Counted from the stretch's first letter, positions 26,476 to 37,782 are shown. The stretch is 64,000 nt of DNA from Candidatus Woesearchaeota archaeon (GCA_019322435.1 JAHWIR010000005.1:199-64198), one strand, 5' to 3'. Numbers and translations are program-made. Notes: generated by a model not told the origin, from the letters alone.

Positions 26476-27411
26476 TTAAAAACCTTTTTGTTTTTTTGCA
26501 AATTTCCTCCTGCTTGTTTTGCTTTTGCTTTTTAGTGCATTTACTACATCTATATCACAAATCCAGCTTCCTATTTCAGCATCTCCTAATCTAAAATGAC
26601 AGTCACTTCCTTTGGAGCCGTCTACTAGTTTTCCTTTATGCTTCTGAACCAATCTAGAGGGTTTTATGTTTAGTTTAGAGCAAAAATCATTAAGTGTTTC
26701 TGTCTCTTCATCTGAATAACCTTTATTAGTATAATTATAGATATCAAATCCATCTATGCCTTCTTGTATAGCTATAGCTGCTATTTCCTCAAGATTTTCT
26801 GGATTTTCATCAATAATACCGATGTGAGCAAATATTGGAGTGCCTCCTGCTTGTTTGATGCAGGTAATTATTTTTCTTATGCCTTTTCTCTTTTTTGGGA
26901 TATAATGAGGAGATTTCTTGCCAACGTATTTGTCAAAGGCTTTTTTAAAATCCTTGATTTTAGTAATACCATTATCCATCATAAAGTAGATTATGTCGTT
27001 TCTGCAGATTAGATTTCTTTTCCTTGTATCTTTTACATAATCTTTCACATCTTCTACAGTAAAGCTGTGTGAGTGACCTAATTTTTTGGCAATTTTTTCA
27101 TCTCTTTTTTGAGTGGCTCTTAAATTTACTGCAATAGGCCTGAGTAAATGAACTGATTTTGGGTTAATAAAATAAGCTAGAATCTCTCCATCAATATCTT
27201 TGTAATTAAAACTAAATTCTCCTCCAGGAATAACCTGAAATCCTGGATAGTTTTTTGCTTCCTGCATGGCTTCCTCAATTCCTTCTACTGTGTCGTGGTC
27301 TGTTATTGCAATGCCTTCCAGTCCTTTTTCAACAGCCAATCTTACTGCTTCTGCAGGGGTCTCATAGGCATGAAGAGAATACGTAGTATGTACATGTAGG
27401 TCAAATGCCAT
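26476..27411 (-). CDS. PHP-domain metal-dependent phosphoesterase
   Basis: MAFDLHVHTTYS, GIAITDHDTVEG, FAHIG; 311 aa with a basic C-terminal tail. Confidence 0.8.
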   Translation of the reverse strand: MAFDLHVHTTYSLHAYETPAEAVRLAVEKGLEGIAITDHDTVEGIEEAMQEAKNYPGFQVIPGGEFSFNYKDIDGEILAYFINPKSVHLLRPIAVNLRATQKRDEKIAKKLGHSHSFTVEDVKDYVKDTRKRNLICRNDIIYFMMDNGITKIKDFKKAFDKYVGKKSPHYIPKKRKGIRKIITCIKQAGGTPIFAHIGIIDENPENLEEIAAIAIQEGIDGFDIYNYTNKGYSDEETETLNDFCSKLNIKPSRLVQKHKGKLVDGSKGSDCHFRLGDAEIGSWICDIDVVNALKSKSKTSRRKFAKKQKGF

Positions 27412-27439
27412 TTTCCTTATCCTATCACCTTTAATTGAT

Positions 27440-28750
27440 TTATAATGAATCTACAGCTTTATTTACTAATTCAAGCTTTTTAGTAGCACAATCATCTAAA
27501 TTGCAAAAATAAGTTAAGTTTTGACTTACAAAACTTTCAGGAACATACAAGTCGTTTCGTTTAACAAATCCTTCTACTTTGTCTGCATATTGAGGATTAT
27601 TACAAAGATGTGTTATGAATTTTGTATTACGCAGTAATGCAAATCTAGAAGCAGCTGCATATTCTTTTTCAAACGGATTCATTATGTCTCTTTTTGGGAT
27701 ATTATCATATGGAATAGATTCTCCTGTTTGCAGTTTATACTGCTGTTCTAGAACATGTTTTTTTAATTCAACCATTCTTTCCTCAGCAAAGAGCCTGAAG
27801 ACAGCCGGATGATTGATTAGGATTGCAATCATTGCATTTGATCCTCTTCCTATCTTATTGTTGTCAGTAACAGCAAAACCCTGATACTGGACTGTGCTTC
27901 TCTCTCCACCTTCTCTAAATTCAAGTATTGCGTCTGAATCATAATGTCCTATTTTTTCATGTTTTAACAAGATATTTCCTACATTAGGATCATAATTTAC
28001 AATACCTCTTTGCTCAACATTTTCTCCAAGAGGCTTTGCTATGTGCGTGTAAAGTAATTCTAAGAAATCAGTAAGCTTGTTTTCAACAAGCCATCTGAAA
28101 CGGTTTCTGCTTGTGCTTCTTTCATTATCTTTGTATTTGAATTGAAGCAGCTCTTCTACAAAAATATTGATCTCACTTTGAAGTTTTCTGTGGTCATATT
28201 CATAGATTGTTACACCATTGAATACATCATGATCTTTGTACTCTTCAGTAGAGGCGATATAGTTGTTGATTAAAACAACATCAGCTGCCCGCTTCATATA
28301 TCCAAAAGCCTGGTCTTCAATCTTTTGTTTTGCATGGGGAAGCTGTTCAATCTCCCGCATCTTGTAAAAATCTTTAAGTTTGTCTTCAAGAGACTCTGTA
28401 TACTGCTCCATAAAAAGTATTGTTCTTCCTTCGTGCTCTTTATGCGCTATATACATTGGAGTAAATGTATTTTTTTGGTTGCCAAATTCTAGGAATCTTA
28501 CCTCATTCATGTCAAGCTCTCTGTTTCTTTCCTGCTCTCCAGAAGAGTCTGTACCTGGCCAGAAGTCTTTTGCAAAAATTGTAAAAGGGTTTCCTTCTTT
28601 AGGCTTGATAGTGAATTCGTACAGTTCAGCCCTGAGAAGAGAACCTTTTTCAACAGGATTTATATCATAGTCCTTTATAGGCTGTTCAAATATCTCTGAG
28701 AAATAGTCTTTATCAATACCTGCTTTTTTAAAGTCGCTTTTATTCATCAT
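27440..28750 (-). CDS. hypothetical protein, possible protein-kinase-like (APH/choline-kinase-type) fold
   Basis: 436 aa. By-eye matches: FTIFAKDF (beta3 Lys), ILFMEQY (hinge), VNYDPNVGNILLK (D-x4-N catalytic loop), AVTDNNKIG (metal-binding Asp). BRE/TATA cagaaaggtttataaag upstream. Confidence 0.4.
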   Translation of the reverse strand: MMNKSDFKKAGIDKDYFSEIFEQPIKDYDINPVEKGSLLRAELYEFTIKPKEGNPFTIFAKDFWPGTDSSGEQERNRELDMNEVRFLEFGNQKNTFTPMYIAHKEHEGRTILFMEQYTESLEDKLKDFYKMREIEQLPHAKQKIEDQAFGYMKRAADVVLINNYIASTEEYKDHDVFNGVTIYEYDHRKLQSEINIFVEELLQFKYKDNERSTSRNRFRWLVENKLTDFLELLYTHIAKPLGENVEQRGIVNYDPNVGNILLKHEKIGHYDSDAILEFREGGERSTVQYQGFAVTDNNKIGRGSNAMIAILINHPAVFRLFAEERMVELKKHVLEQQYKLQTGESIPYDNIPKRDIMNPFEKEYAAASRFALLRNTKFITHLCNNPQYADKVEGFVKRNDLYVPESFVSQNLTYFCNLDDCATKKLELVNKAVDSL

Positions 28751-28845
28751 TTTGATAGATTACCATAATTAAATCATTTATTCTATGAAATCTAAGAATA
28801 ACTATCTTTATAAACCTTTCTGTTTTTACTATTGGTAAGTAGCAA

Positions 28846-29799
28846 TTAAGTATATATAACTCTTCCTATGTTGTGGATATCTACTGTCATCATCTTCATT
28901 TTCTCTATTATGTTTGGGATGAATTTTTCCTGCCAATTCTGGTTGTAGTATCTGTCGCATTTATTGATTAGGTCAATCTTTTTTGATGCGGTTTTGTATG
29001 CTAATTTTGAGTCATCAGTGTGGTATGCTTTCATTGTATCTAAATAGAGCTTTCTTATTTCTTCATAAATCTCAATCAGCTGCTTTTCTTTTTGCGGAGT
29101 TATTTTTGCTTGCCTAAGGAATCTTGCTATCCTCTTTGCTTCATCTGCAATCTTTTCAATGTATTCTGTGATACGCAAGATGCTGTACATTTTTTCTGGA
29201 GTTAATTTGTATGCTCTTGCAACTTCGGTGTTTTCCAAGGCAAATTTTATTGCACGGAAAATCAGATAATTAAGCCTGTTGACATCTTCGTCTCTGTGGT
29301 TGATGTTTTCATACTTGTCTTCTTTGAATGTGTCCTTTGAATCAGAAATCATGTCTCTTGTGATTATATCCATCCTTCTGATAAGGTTAGAGATAGATAT
29401 CTTCTCCATGTTAAGAAATTCTCTTGCGACAATCTTAGTGGATGTCTGCTCAACAATCTCCAAGGCCATCAGGTTCTGCAGAACGTCTCTTACTTCTTTT
29501 GCCTTGTCTTTCAATTCCTCTCCTATGATTGTTATCTTGTTGTTGTTGTTGATATAGGCAGGGATTATCTCCCTCTTGATCTGGTCGATGTTTTTTCCGT
29601 CTATTGAGATTACAATCTCTTTTGGCTCTATTTTGCCTTTTTCAATCTTAGGGGACAAGTACAATTCGTCATCTCTTTCCTCTAAACTGATTAAATCGCC
29701 TTTTTTAAGCTTATTTTTGACAACCCAGCTCTTTGGAAGACTCATTACAAAAGAAGTCTTTCCAAATCTTATTAATTTTCTAAATTCCATATATTCCAC
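28846..29799 (-). CDS. AbrB-domain / PhoU-domain regulator, second copy
   Basis: FRKLIRFGKTSFVMSLPKSWVVKNKLKKGDLISLEE followed by PhoU-like helices (HRDEDVNRLNYLIFRAI). Confidence 0.75.
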   Translation of the reverse strand: MEYMEFRKLIRFGKTSFVMSLPKSWVVKNKLKKGDLISLEERDDELYLSPKIEKGKIEPKEIVISIDGKNIDQIKREIIPAYINNNNKITIIGEELKDKAKEVRDVLQNLMALEIVEQTSTKIVAREFLNMEKISISNLIRRMDIITRDMISDSKDTFKEDKYENINHRDEDVNRLNYLIFRAIKFALENTEVARAYKLTPEKMYSILRITEYIEKIADEAKRIARFLRQAKITPQKEKQLIEIYEEIRKLYLDTMKAYHTDDSKLAYKTASKKIDLINKCDRYYNQNWQEKFIPNIIEKMKMMTVDIHNIGRVIYT

Positions 29800-29950
29800 C
29801 CCGAAATGTTTTATTAAGTATAGTATAACCGTAAAATCTACGATTAGGCATATATCTTTTGTTAGATATATATGTTATATGGAAAAAGTATATATATTTA
29901 AACCTTACTACTATTATACATATAGGTTAAAATATGTGAGGTGGGGGAGT

Positions 29951-30091
29951 ATGAAAGAACTTGATGAGGATGAGTATTTTGAGGATGATGAGAACATCTA
30001 TTCTGAAGATGTTCGAGAACTGCTGTTAGAAGATGGGGAGTTGAGCCCTGAAGAAGCTGGCTTTATGCAAGGCTATGACGAGGCTGCTTAA
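29951..30091 (+). CDS. small acidic protein (46 aa)
   Basis: MKELDEDEYFEDDENIYSEDVRELLLEDGELSPEEAGFMQGYDEAA, with a strong SD gaggtggggga. The long track ORF 29576..30091 is otherwise antisense to the PhoU-like gene. Confidence 0.5.
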   Translation: MKELDEDEYFEDDENIYSEDVRELLLEDGELSPEEAGFMQGYDEAA

Positions 30092-30142
30092 GTAATCAGT
30101 GATTAAAATCATAGTTTCTATTAGAGAAAGGTATTGACTAAA

Positions 30143-30325
30143 ATGTCGTTAAAACAACTGCTTGGACTGGATGGAATTTCTGACTTTGAGATAATGATGA
30201 AACTAATGGATGCCCAGAAGCAGGATCTAGATGAAGTTGATTTTGTCAAAGAGGACGGCTCTGTTGTAAAGGTCCGTCTTCCTCATCTAAAGTTTGATCC
30301 GTTTATGTTTGTTGAAAAGTCTTGA
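30143..30325 (+). CDS. hypothetical small protein
   Basis: Start re-set from TTG to the ATG (MSLKQLLGLDG...). SD agagaaaggt. Confidence 0.45.
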   Translation: MSLKQLLGLDGISDFEIMMKLMDAQKQDLDEVDFVKEDGSVVKVRLPHLKFDPFMFVEKS

Positions 30326-30380
30326 TTTTTGAATTCTTATAGTACAGGGCCTGAGAAGGCTGAATTTGAGGGTTTAGAAG

Positions 30381-30396
30381 CGAAAGGTTTATAAAG
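30381..30396 (+). promoter_or_regulatory. BRE/TATA promoter element
   Basis: cgaaaggtttataaag upstream of gyrB (ATG 30459). Confidence 0.6.
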
Positions 30397-30458
30397 AAAG
30401 ATAGGTTAATTTTCTTAGTGGAAGAGTTAAAATTCTACTAAATTTTTACATGAATTAG

Positions 30459-32728
<2,270 letters not shown>

Positions 32729-32767
32729 TATTATAACCTTTTATGTAAAAAAAACAAATTTTAGTTA

Positions 32768-32787
32768 TTTAAAAACCTTCGTGAATT
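32768..32787 (-). promoter_or_regulatory. BRE/TATA promoter, CACGAAGGTTTTTAAA variant
   Basis: The minus strand reads aattcacgaaggtttttaaa, 40 nt upstream of the ATG at 32728. Confidence 0.55.
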
Positions 32788-32805
32788 TTTAGAAAAGTAA
32801 AACTA

Positions 32806-33435
32806 TTACTGAGAATCTTCTTTAAATTGTTTTATTTTATCTAATTGCTCTCTAATCATGGATTCTTCTTCTTGATACTCTTCAAGAAAATCATCATTTG
32901 ATAGAGTTATTAATGCAGAATAACAAGCATCAAGGTCTATTTCAATATCGCCTTTCCATTCTTCCCATTCCATGATTCTCTCAAAATTATCACCAAAATA
33001 GTTTAAACTATTGTCTTCTTTGATATTCCCTTTAGCAATTCTAACTATATTTTCTAGTTTTTCTATAAAATAATCACTTCCTTTCTCTAAGGCATTAGTC
33101 AAATCATTATATGATCTTGATAATCTTTTATAAGAATTATATGTAGGAGAATGTTCTTCAAACAAAAATTGAAAATTATCATCAGTTAAAACCAATCCTT
33201 TCTCTAAAGCTATTTTTTTAAAGTCTGCTTCCATAAGTTTTCTTACTAAAGGAAGATCATTTGTCTTAATCTCTTCTGCAGATGCTATATTTCCAGCATC
33301 TCTGAAAAGATTCTCTGCAACATAAAAATAATACATAGCAGAACCTAAGTCTTTTTTTCCAAGCATATCAAGAGCAAAACCTTGATACATCTCGGCTCCT
33401 GATCGATATGGTTCCTTTTCTTTAGCTGTTGTCAT
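32806..33435 (-). CDS. hypothetical helical protein
   Basis: 209 aa with an acidic C-terminus and its own promoter module. Confidence 0.55.
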   Translation of the reverse strand: MTTAKEKEPYRSGAEMYQGFALDMLGKKDLGSAMYYFYVAENLFRDAGNIASAEEIKTNDLPLVRKLMEADFKKIALEKGLVLTDDNFQFLFEEHSPTYNSYKRLSRSYNDLTNALEKGSDYFIEKLENIVRIAKGNIKEDNSLNYFGDNFERIMEWEEWKGDIEIDLDACYSALITLSNDDFLEEYQEEESMIREQLDKIKQFKEDSQ

Positions 33436-33457
33436 ATAAATTTTTAATTTTGAGTAG

Positions 33458-33477
33458 TTTAAAAACCTTCGTGAATT
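33458..33477 (-). promoter_or_regulatory. BRE/TATA promoter, CACGAAGGTTTTTAAA variant
   Basis: The minus strand reads aattcacgaaggtttttaaa, 23 nt upstream of the ATG at 33435. Confidence 0.6.
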
Positions 33478-33490
33478 CTTAAAATATTTA

Positions 33491-33505
33491 GAAACCTTTA
33501 TAAAC
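33491..33505 (+). promoter_or_regulatory. BRE/TATA promoter element
   Basis: gaaacctttataaac, 23 nt upstream of the rps3ae ATG. Confidence 0.6.
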
Positions 33506-33527
33506 AGCCTCTTAATTCTGAAAGTAT

Positions 33528-34148
33528 ATGGCTAAAGCAAAAAGGAAGACATCAAGGACTGCTGTTAAGAAGACGTGGTTTCAGATTACAGCGCCTGCTA
33601 TGTTCAATAAGCAGACTATTGGGGAGATTCCTCTGGTGGAAGCGTCTAAGGGAATGGGGAGGACTGTTCCAGTCAATCTGATGAATCTTACAGGAGATAT
33701 GAGAAAGCAGAATATCAATGTTATATTTGAGATAAATAATATCAGCGGAAGCAAGCTGTATACAGAGCTTGTCGGGTTTAAGATGGTTGCTTCTTCAATC
33801 AAGAGAATGGTCAGGAGAGGCAAAAGGAAGGTTGATTATTCTTTTACAGCCAAAACAGCTGATGGTTATAAATTAAAGGTTAAGGTCATAATGGTGACAC
33901 TTGGACTGACTTACCTGTCTTCTCTTACTGGGCTGAGGAAGGCATGCGATGAAGAGATGGTCAAAATGCTTAGCAAGATGAAATATGAGAATTTTGTTGA
34001 AGAGCTTGTCAATCATAGAGTGCAGACCAATGTGAAGAAACTATTAAGCAAAGTATATCCTTTAAGGATGTTTGAGGTAAGGGATATGCAAGTTATGAAG
34101 AAAGGCAGTGAAGCGCCTAAGAAAAAGGCTGTTAAGAAAAAAGAATAA
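33528..34148 (+). CDS. rps3ae: 30S ribosomal protein S3Ae (eS1)
   Basis: 206 aa, KKTWFQITAPAMFN... and a basic C-terminus. Confidence 0.9.
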   Translation: MAKAKRKTSRTAVKKTWFQITAPAMFNKQTIGEIPLVEASKGMGRTVPVNLMNLTGDMRKQNINVIFEINNISGSKLYTELVGFKMVASSIKRMVRRGKRKVDYSFTAKTADGYKLKVKVIMVTLGLTYLSSLTGLRKACDEEMVKMLSKMKYENFVEELVNHRVQTNVKKLLSKVYPLRMFEVRDMQVMKKGSEAPKKKAVKKKE

Positions 34149-34150
34149 TT

Positions 34151-34564
34151 CTATTCAAGTTGAATTTCTTCAAAAAGTGTTTCTGCTAAAGAATCAAGGT
34201 TATCTTCTTCGCCAGTTATTATATATGAAGTGACTCCAGCATTTATGCCTGAGTATGTTCCTTTTACAGAACTAAGAATCTCCTCTTTTTTTTCTGAGAC
34301 TTCATCTGGTTTTTGATAGATTCCTAAGAAACAGTAATCTTTTTTATCATATCTGCAGATCCTTATGAAATGACTCTTTAATATATTTGCTACTCCTTTA
34401 ACCCTTTCTTCATAAGTATCTTCGCCTAATTTAAGCATTACTAGTGCTTTTGGTTTTTTATGATGTTGTACTAGTTGGACAATATGAGAGAACTCGTCCT
34501 TGAATACTATATAATCCTCTAATCCAGTCAGTTCATCTGTTAAAACATGTTCGTCTTTTGTCAT
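34151..34564 (-). CDS. degenerate GGDEF-like domain protein
   Basis: Start re-set to MTKDEHVLTDELTGLEDY. ALVMLKLGED and RYDKKDYCFL occupy the positions of the DxD and GGDEF motifs. The track N-terminal extension overlaps the upstream gene. TATA-like ctttataaa lies about 25-30 nt upstream. Confidence 0.55.
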   Translation of the reverse strand: MTKDEHVLTDELTGLEDYIVFKDEFSHIVQLVQHHKKPKALVMLKLGEDTYEERVKGVANILKSHFIRICRYDKKDYCFLGIYQKPDEVSEKKEEILSSVKGTYSGINAGVTSYIITGEEDNLDSLAETLFEEIQLE

Positions 34565-34598
34565 TTTATATATAGTAATTGTTCTGGATTTATAAAGA

Positions 34599-35261
34599 TT
34601 ATTCGAATTTTTGGCTTGCAACCATGTTTCTGCCTTGTTTCTTTGCTTCGTATAATAGTGTGTCTGCTGCTGTAAACAGACCTTCGCTGGACTTATACTT
34701 ATCAGTATGCTGAACAACACCTAGAGAGAGCGTAACCTTTAATTCATGGCCTTTATAATCAAATTTTTGTTTTTCAACTAATTTTCTATATTCTTCAGCT
34801 GCTTTTGCTGCATCTTCTATAATTGTATCAGGCATTATTACTGTAAACTCGTCTCCACCATATCTGCAAAATAAATCCTCTCCTGTAAAATACTCTTTGC
34901 CTAATTCTGTTATCCTAACTAGAATATCATCTCCTATAGGATGGCCGTATGTATCATTAATATGTTTAAAATTATCAATATCAAATGCAATAAGAGAAAC
35001 TGGAACATTATCTTCATCTGATTTTTTAACTTCTTTTTCAAGCTGTTCTTTAAAATAACTGTGGTTATAGGCTTTTGTCAGGCCGTCTTCTATAGCTTTT
35101 GGACCAAGTATAGCTATTTTTTTCTCCTTTTTCTCATTATCTTTTTTTAGAGCAATATAATCCTGCCTTAATTCTGTTAATTTTTGGTATTCCATAGAGT
35201 CAGGACTAAGTGAAGCTGCTATTTCATCATAAAGTTTAACTGTATCTTCAAGATTTTCCAT
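34599..35261 (-). CDS. GGDEF-domain diguanylate cyclase
   Basis: DGLTKAYNHSYF, IAFDIDNFKHINDTYGHPIGDDIL, RYGGDEFTVIM (codons at 34845-34859) and LLYEAKKQGRN. Short coiled-coil-like N-terminus. The RxxD position reads TGED. Confidence 0.85.
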   Translation of the reverse strand: MENLEDTVKLYDEIAASLSPDSMEYQKLTELRQDYIALKKDNEKKEKKIAILGPKAIEDGLTKAYNHSYFKEQLEKEVKKSDEDNVPVSLIAFDIDNFKHINDTYGHPIGDDILVRITELGKEYFTGEDLFCRYGGDEFTVIMPDTIIEDAAKAAEEYRKLVEKQKFDYKGHELKVTLSLGVVQHTDKYKSSEGLFTAADTLLYEAKKQGRNMVASQKFE

Positions 35262-35283
35262 TTTAATATTTTGGATAAATTTG

Positions 35284-35297
35284 CCTTTATAAACCTT
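35284..35297 (-). promoter_or_regulatory. BRE/TATA promoter of the GGDEF gene
   Basis: The minus strand reads aaggtttataaagg, about 25 nt upstream of the ATG at 35261. Confidence 0.6.
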
Positions 35298-35328
35298 ACT
35301 CTTTTCACTACTACATAGGGGCTATAAC

Positions 35329-35344
35329 CGAAAGGTTTATAAAG
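35329..35344 (+). promoter_or_regulatory. BRE/TATA promoter element
   Basis: cgaaaggtttataaag, 29 nt upstream of the ATG at 35373. Confidence 0.6.
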
Positions 35345-35372
35345 AAGCATCATATATAAAATTTAGATTAAA

Positions 35373-35990
35373 ATGGTATTGAAAGGGTTTAAGCGGTTGG
35401 CAGTGTCTTTAATGGCATACTTAGCAATACCAAAGTTGGAAGATAATTCTAAAAGTACTGAGTATGATCCATCAGTTCAGAATGATGATGGTATTGGTTT
35501 TGGTTCTATAGAAGAAGGAGAATATGACCCATTGCAGTTAGGGCATGGTTTTTATAAACAGGAGGTGGATAGGCCTGCAGCTGTTGGTCCATTGATTCCT
35601 GGTGTTGATGACTTTGAGATTGTAGAGGAATATAATGGTGAACCAGACATTGATTTTTTTAATTTACCAAGACCAAAAGAAAGAAGCGAAGAAGATGGAG
35701 AGTATCTAGATTGGTTGGAAGGGCTTAATTTTGAATTGAATCCTACAATGTATGATTTAAGCGATGCAATTTATTGTATGCAAGGAGATAATATGCCAAA
35801 AAGAAAACCAATAGATGTTGGAGTTGGAATAAGCTTTAAGGTTGGTATACCAAAACAAGAGTTGCTAGTTCAAAAGTATGCTAATCAATATAGAGAAATG
35901 AGTTTGTCTGAAATATTAGAAGCTGAAAGGGAAAATGCAGCAAAGGCTGAGGCTACTAAGATTGTTCTGAAAGAAAAGGGATTGTTATGA
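35373..35990 (+). CDS. hypothetical protein with N-terminal hydrophobic anchor
   Basis: 205 aa, no recognisable motif. Confidence 0.55.
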   Translation: MVLKGFKRLAVSLMAYLAIPKLEDNSKSTEYDPSVQNDDGIGFGSIEEGEYDPLQLGHGFYKQEVDRPAAVGPLIPGVDDFEIVEEYNGEPDIDFFNLPRPKERSEEDGEYLDWLEGLNFELNPTMYDLSDAIYCMQGDNMPKRKPIDVGVGISFKVGIPKQELLVQKYANQYREMSLSEILEAERENAAKAEATKIVLKEKGLL

Positions 35991-36023
35991 ATGAATGTTT
36001 TAACTTAGATTAAAGGTGTAAAT

Positions 36024-36620
36024 ATGGAAAAACATCAAATAAAAGATATAACACAATATCCAATTGTTGGGACTGACACCGAGATATGGCTTATTAAGCC
36101 TGAAAATCATCAAAGATTAAGATTAGCCCAGTCAAAAAGTGGAATTTTTGACTTATTTATTTCTGAAAAATTAATATACCATGCTTCAGAATCTATTGAA
36201 GAGCTTACAAAACAGATTAAGAAAGGCAGACACAGATATCCTAAATCTTTTGAATATAATTATGTTACTATCTATGATACAATTTCTGGAAAAGATATAA
36301 GAAATGTACATCCAAAAGGTCAGGAACAACTGCCTATAGAAGATAGGTTGGTTGATATTGATTTCTCATTTACAAGAGATGGAAGATCGTTAGGTTATTT
36401 GCTTAATGGAGAGGAGCATTTTTTATTTGACTCAATCCGTGAACCTGTAAAGCAAGATGGAGCATACAGTTTTAGTGGTGATAGGGTTTATTTTGACGGA
36501 AAGAGAGTAGCAAAGATGGATAATGAGATTAAATATTTTGGTGTTGTTGATGCTCGTGAATTACAGAAAATGCTGAAAAGAAAAAATAGGGGTCTTCTTC
36601 ATAGATGGAAGAAGTTATGA
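36024..36620 (+). CDS. hypothetical protein
   Basis: 198 aa, SD aaaggtg. Confidence 0.55.
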   Translation: MEKHQIKDITQYPIVGTDTEIWLIKPENHQRLRLAQSKSGIFDLFISEKLIYHASESIEELTKQIKKGRHRYPKSFEYNYVTIYDTISGKDIRNVHPKGQEQLPIEDRLVDIDFSFTRDGRSLGYLLNGEEHFLFDSIREPVKQDGAYSFSGDRVYFDGKRVAKMDNEIKYFGVVDARELQKMLKRKNRGLLHRWKKL

Positions 36621-36648
36621 AAATATTTAATTTCCTTTAGGGCAAATA

Positions 36649-36912
36649 TCAACGAGCGCATTGATCTCTTGGACAGATATCTACACCAGGATATTCTCTG
36701 CACATCTTTGGTCTTATTGAATATATTTTGCAGTTGTTGTTTTCCAAAAAAAAGCATTTGTTGTCTGGCAATTTAATGCATCTTTGTTTTCTTGCGTTTT
36801 TTTCAGTGAAATTTCTGTATCCTTTCAGAAGAATTCTTAAGTATTCTAATAATGATAATTTTACTCTTAGAGTGCAGCAGTAAGCGCATCTTGTGCAGTT
36901 TGAAGGCATCAT
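36649..36912 (-). CDS. YkgJ-family (UPF0153) Cys-cluster protein
   Basis: CTRCAYCC ... CFFLENNNCKIYSIRPKMCREYP. Confidence 0.75.
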   Translation of the reverse strand: MMPSNCTRCAYCCTLRVKLSLLEYLRILLKGYRNFTEKNARKQRCIKLPDNKCFFLENNNCKIYSIRPKMCREYPGVDICPRDQCAR

Positions 36913-36945
36913 AATGAGAAATTAGAAGTTGGGGTATTTAAATAT

Positions 36946-37782
36946 TTATAATGTAACTAGGTCTTTTAAGAATAACCTTAACAAATCTCTTGTGGTTACA
37001 ATTCCAACTGGTTTTTTGCCTTCTACAACAACTATTGAAGAGATATCAAATCTTTCCATCTTGTCCAAAACCCTTGATAAAGTGTCATCAGGGGAGGCTG
37101 TTATCATCACAGAGGTTGCGATGTTGTTCACTGAGTAGGCATCGTAGTGTGTCTTGTCTTTGAATGCTCTTATTGTTCTTGGGCCGAATTGTGTTAAAGT
37201 GCCTCTGCCTCTTCTGTCTGTCTTGGACTGCTGCCTTAGAATAAATTTGTCAAGGAAGTCTTTTAAGCAGGCAATGTTGATTATCTCTCCTTTTTCATCT
37301 ACAATTGGGATTCTTGAGATGTTTTTCTCTTTCATTATGTATATTGCTTTTCCGATTCTCTCGTTTTCATGGACTGTTATTGGCGTCAAGGACATTATCT
37401 TGGTTATTTTGTCATTTGCAAATTTTGTTTTATTCAGCTCCTGAATCAGGTCTTTAGAAGCCACAATGCCAATAACCATGCTGTTCTGGATTACAGGAAG
37501 TATTCTTGTTTCTGCTGTGAACATTAATCTTACTGTCTCTTCTATTGATTCTTTTCCAGTTAGAGGCGGGACTGGTTTTACTATTTTAGCTATTTTCATT
37601 TCAGTTGGATCTAGTTTTGTCCTTACAAGAAGATGCGTGTCAGCAACACCTAAGAATTTTTTTTTGTCAAACACCAAAGCTGCTTTTGCATTATGAAGAT
37701 CTAACTGCCCAATCAGCTTAGAAACAGAATCTTTTTTATCTACAGCAACATACCCCTTCTTTATTAGATGTTTTTCAACCAT
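36946..37782 (-). CDS. CBS-domain protein (four CBS repeats)
   Basis: Repeated hydrophobic-GIV(T/A)..D(L/F) modules (VGIVTTRDLL, GIVASKDLI, IACLKDF, LGVADTHLL). Confidence 0.8.
   Translation of the reverse strand: MVEKHLIKKGYVAVDKKDSVSKLIGQLDLHNAKAALVFDKKKFLGVADTHLLVRTKLDPTEMKIAKIVKPVPPLTGKESIEETVRLMFTAETRILPVIQNSMVIGIVASKDLIQELNKTKFANDKITKIMSLTPITVHENERIGKAIYIMKEKNISRIPIVDEKGEIINIACLKDFLDKFILRQQSKTDRRGRGTLTQFGPRTIRAFKDKTHYDAYSVNNIATSVMITASPDDTLSRVLDKMERFDISSIVVVEGKKPVGIVTTRDLLRLFLKDLVTL

Noticed and set aside
29576-29950. Upstream part of the 171-aa plus-strand ORF 29576..30091
   Set aside because: It is antisense to the AbrB-PhoU gene and crosses an AT-rich promoter region. Only the last 46 codons, preceded by a strong SD, look like a real gene.
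34565-34720. N-terminal 52 codons of the track ORF 34151..34720
   Set aside because: This stretch overlaps the 3' end of the GGDEF gene in another frame and translates to odd sequence. The internal ATG at 34564 is preceded by a TATA-like box and starts the region with GGDEF-like similarity.
33528-35372. Bacterial contamination or chimeric assembly as the explanation for the GGDEF genes (and for the OMP-like, serpin and DnaK genes)
   Set aside because: This cannot be excluded without reads. However, the genes are flanked on both sides by archaeal markers and use the same BRE/TATA promoter type and spacing as the housekeeping genes. Native or anciently transferred genes therefore seem more likely.
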